Below are positions 62,714 to 64,000 of a stretch of 64,000 nucleotides of DNA, piece after piece. Position numbers and translations under genes: made by a program. The DNA lies in IMG/VR virus record IMGVR_UViG_3300046787_000286, positions 150,007 through 214,006 of that record, one strand, 5' to 3'. How positions within the stretch are numbered: position 1 is the first letter of the stretch; every line of letters starts with the position of its first letter. Below the pieces are notes generated by a model that saw only the letters and a list, made by a program, of their open reading frames with translations, did not search any database and had not been told where the DNA came from.

Positions 62714-63157
62714 TCACTTTTGATAAGTGATTGCAATAGATTTTGGCTTCTTCTCTTCAGGAACAATGCGTTCCAGTTTGATTGACAAGATACCATTGGT
62801 CATTTCTGCATTAGTAACTTCTACATATTCAGCTAGTGTGAATGTGCGTTCGAAATCACGCATGCTAATACCGTGGACTAGGTATTCGCCTTCAGAATCG
62901 CGAGTAGTGCCGCCTTGGATAGCAAGGACATTCTTCTCCAAACGGATATCGATTTCACCTTCTGCAAATCCAGCCACTGCCAAGTCAATCACAAAATGAT
63001 CTTCATCAATTTTGCGAACGTTGTGTGGGGGATAATTAGTTTGTTGCTGTGAAGTCACACGCATGAGTTCGTCAAGCATGTTGTCAAAGCCGATACCAAA
63101 CTTGTGAAGTTGTGGAATATCGAAACTGCGAAGAGTGAGGGTTTTGTTTTGTGTCAT
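62714..63157 (-). CDS. ibpA: small heat-shock protein (Hsp20/IbpA)
   Basis: IGFD, YPPHN, LAVAGF, GIS.RDF.RTFTL, NGILSI, PEEKKPKSIAI. Confidence 0.93.
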   Translation of the reverse strand: MTQNKTLTLRSFDIPQLHKFGIGFDNMLDELMRVTSQQQTNYPPHNVRKIDEDHFVIDLAVAGFAEGEIDIRLEKNVLAIQGGTTRDSEGEYLVHGISMRDFERTFTLAEYVEVTNAEMTNGILSIKLERIVPEEKKPKSIAITYQK

Positions 63158-63218
63158 GTTATTCTCCTTATAGCAAGATATGACTAGTATGTGGGCCCAA
63201 CCATTGGCACCCACATAC
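63153..63218 (-). ncRNA. ROSE-like RNA thermometer in the hsp20 5' UTR
   Basis: Hairpin 63187-63218, then UCUUGCU-AUA-AGGAGA, with GUCAU/AUGAC pairing over the start codon. Confidence 0.65.
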
Positions 63219-63242
63219 ATATTTATGACCTCAAAGGGTCAT

Positions 63243-64000
63243 TTACATGCCCATTCCCATGTGTGGCATGCCTGGTGCAGTGTCACCTTTCGACGGAATC
63301 TCTGCAATAGAGCAATCCGTAGTAAGGATCAAGCCTGCAATCGATGCAGCATTAACTAATGCTGTTTTTGTTACTTTGGTTGGGTCAATAACACCTGCGT
63401 CAACCATGTCACCGTAAGTGTGGTTGCCTGCGTTATAACCATAGTTGCCAGTGTTAGCTGCAATTTGATTAATTACAACATCAGCAGAGTCGCCGGCATT
63501 GCTGGCAATGCAGCGAGCTGGTGCATCCAATGCACGTAGCAAAATATTCCACCCTGCAAATTGGTCGTCGTTGGCTGGACGGTTAGGTGCAGCTTGGAGA
63601 GCTTGGCGAACACGAATTAGTGCAACACCACCGCCTGCAACAATGCCTTCTTCTACAGCAGCGCGAGTTGCATGGAGAGCATCGTCGATGCGATCTTTCT
63701 TCTCTTTCATTTCTACTTCTGTAGCGGCACCAACTTTGATAACTGCAACACCGCCTGCTAGTTTAGCCAAGCGTTCTTGTAGTTTTTCACGGTCGTAATC
63801 ATTGGTAGCTTGATCACACTGTGAGCGAATTGCCTTAACACGAGCTTCAATAGCTGCTGACTCGCCTGCGCCGTTGATGATGATAGTGTTTTCTTTATCA
63901 ATCTCTACTCGAGCTGCCATGCCAAGATGTTCAACTGTTGCTTTTTCAAGTGTTAATCCAACTTCGTCGGCAATAACAGTAGCACCTGTCAAGATAGCAA
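63243..64000 (-). CDS. groEL: chaperonin GroEL, C-terminal part (5' end outside window)
   Basis: [52 protein letters not shown] tail. Confidence 0.97.
   Translation of the reverse strand, partial: AILTGATVIADEVGLTLEKATVEHLGMAARVEIDKENTIIINGAGESAAIEARVKAIRSQCDQATNDYDREKLQERLAKLAGGVAVIKVGAATEVEMKEKKDRIDDALHATRAAVEEGIVAGGGVALIRVRQALQAAPNRPANDDQFAGWNILLRALDAPARCIASNAGDSADVVINQIAANTGNYGYNAGNHTYGDMVDAGVIDPTKVTKTALVNAASIAGLILTTDCSIAEIPSKGDTAPGMPHMGMGM

Noticed and set aside
47696-63798. Long antisense ORFs (e.g. 47696-48139, 50259-50702, 63499-63798; also 10956-11417)
   Set aside because: They are shadows of well-supported genes on the other strand, with no motifs or expression signals.
1-64000. 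Stop-codon reassignment, introns or inteins
   Set aside because: Conserved genes read intact in the standard code and end at TAA, TAG and TGA; no splicing signatures were recognised.

Overview
64 kb from a large tailed dsDNA phage with T4-like traits: clamp loader, PhoH, gp9/gp10-type baseplate/fibre N-termini, TAAATA late promoters and many consensus sigma70 early promoters. It is gene-dense, mostly minus-strand and uses the standard code. I saw no rRNA, tRNA, CRISPR array, integrase or reverse transcriptase. Host-like genes (GroEL/GroES, Hsp20, ClpP, ClpS, IF-1, SOD, DadA, UvsE, phasin-like protein, S11 peptidase) suggest a proteobacterial, probably betaproteobacterial, host (inference). 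Main observations: (1) a 4.1 kb tandem array of 17 divergent small paralogs (37537-41632) that share a C-terminal F-x-L-[RK]-W motif whose codons also form the RBS and start of the next gene; (2) a repeated terminator/promoter cassette with an 18-bp palindrome at helically phased distances from the -35 box; (3) a possible phage N-degron toolkit (stand-alone ATE/Bpt-like transferase, ClpS, ClpP); (4) a sugar-nucleotide dehydrogenase / 2OG-oxygenase / amidinotransferase / transferase cluster; (5) a DGQHR-ParB plus HNH operon, a RelE-like pair, a split DnaE fragment, ROSE-like thermometers and many predicted leaderless genes. All family calls come from motif recognition by eye; no searches were run.
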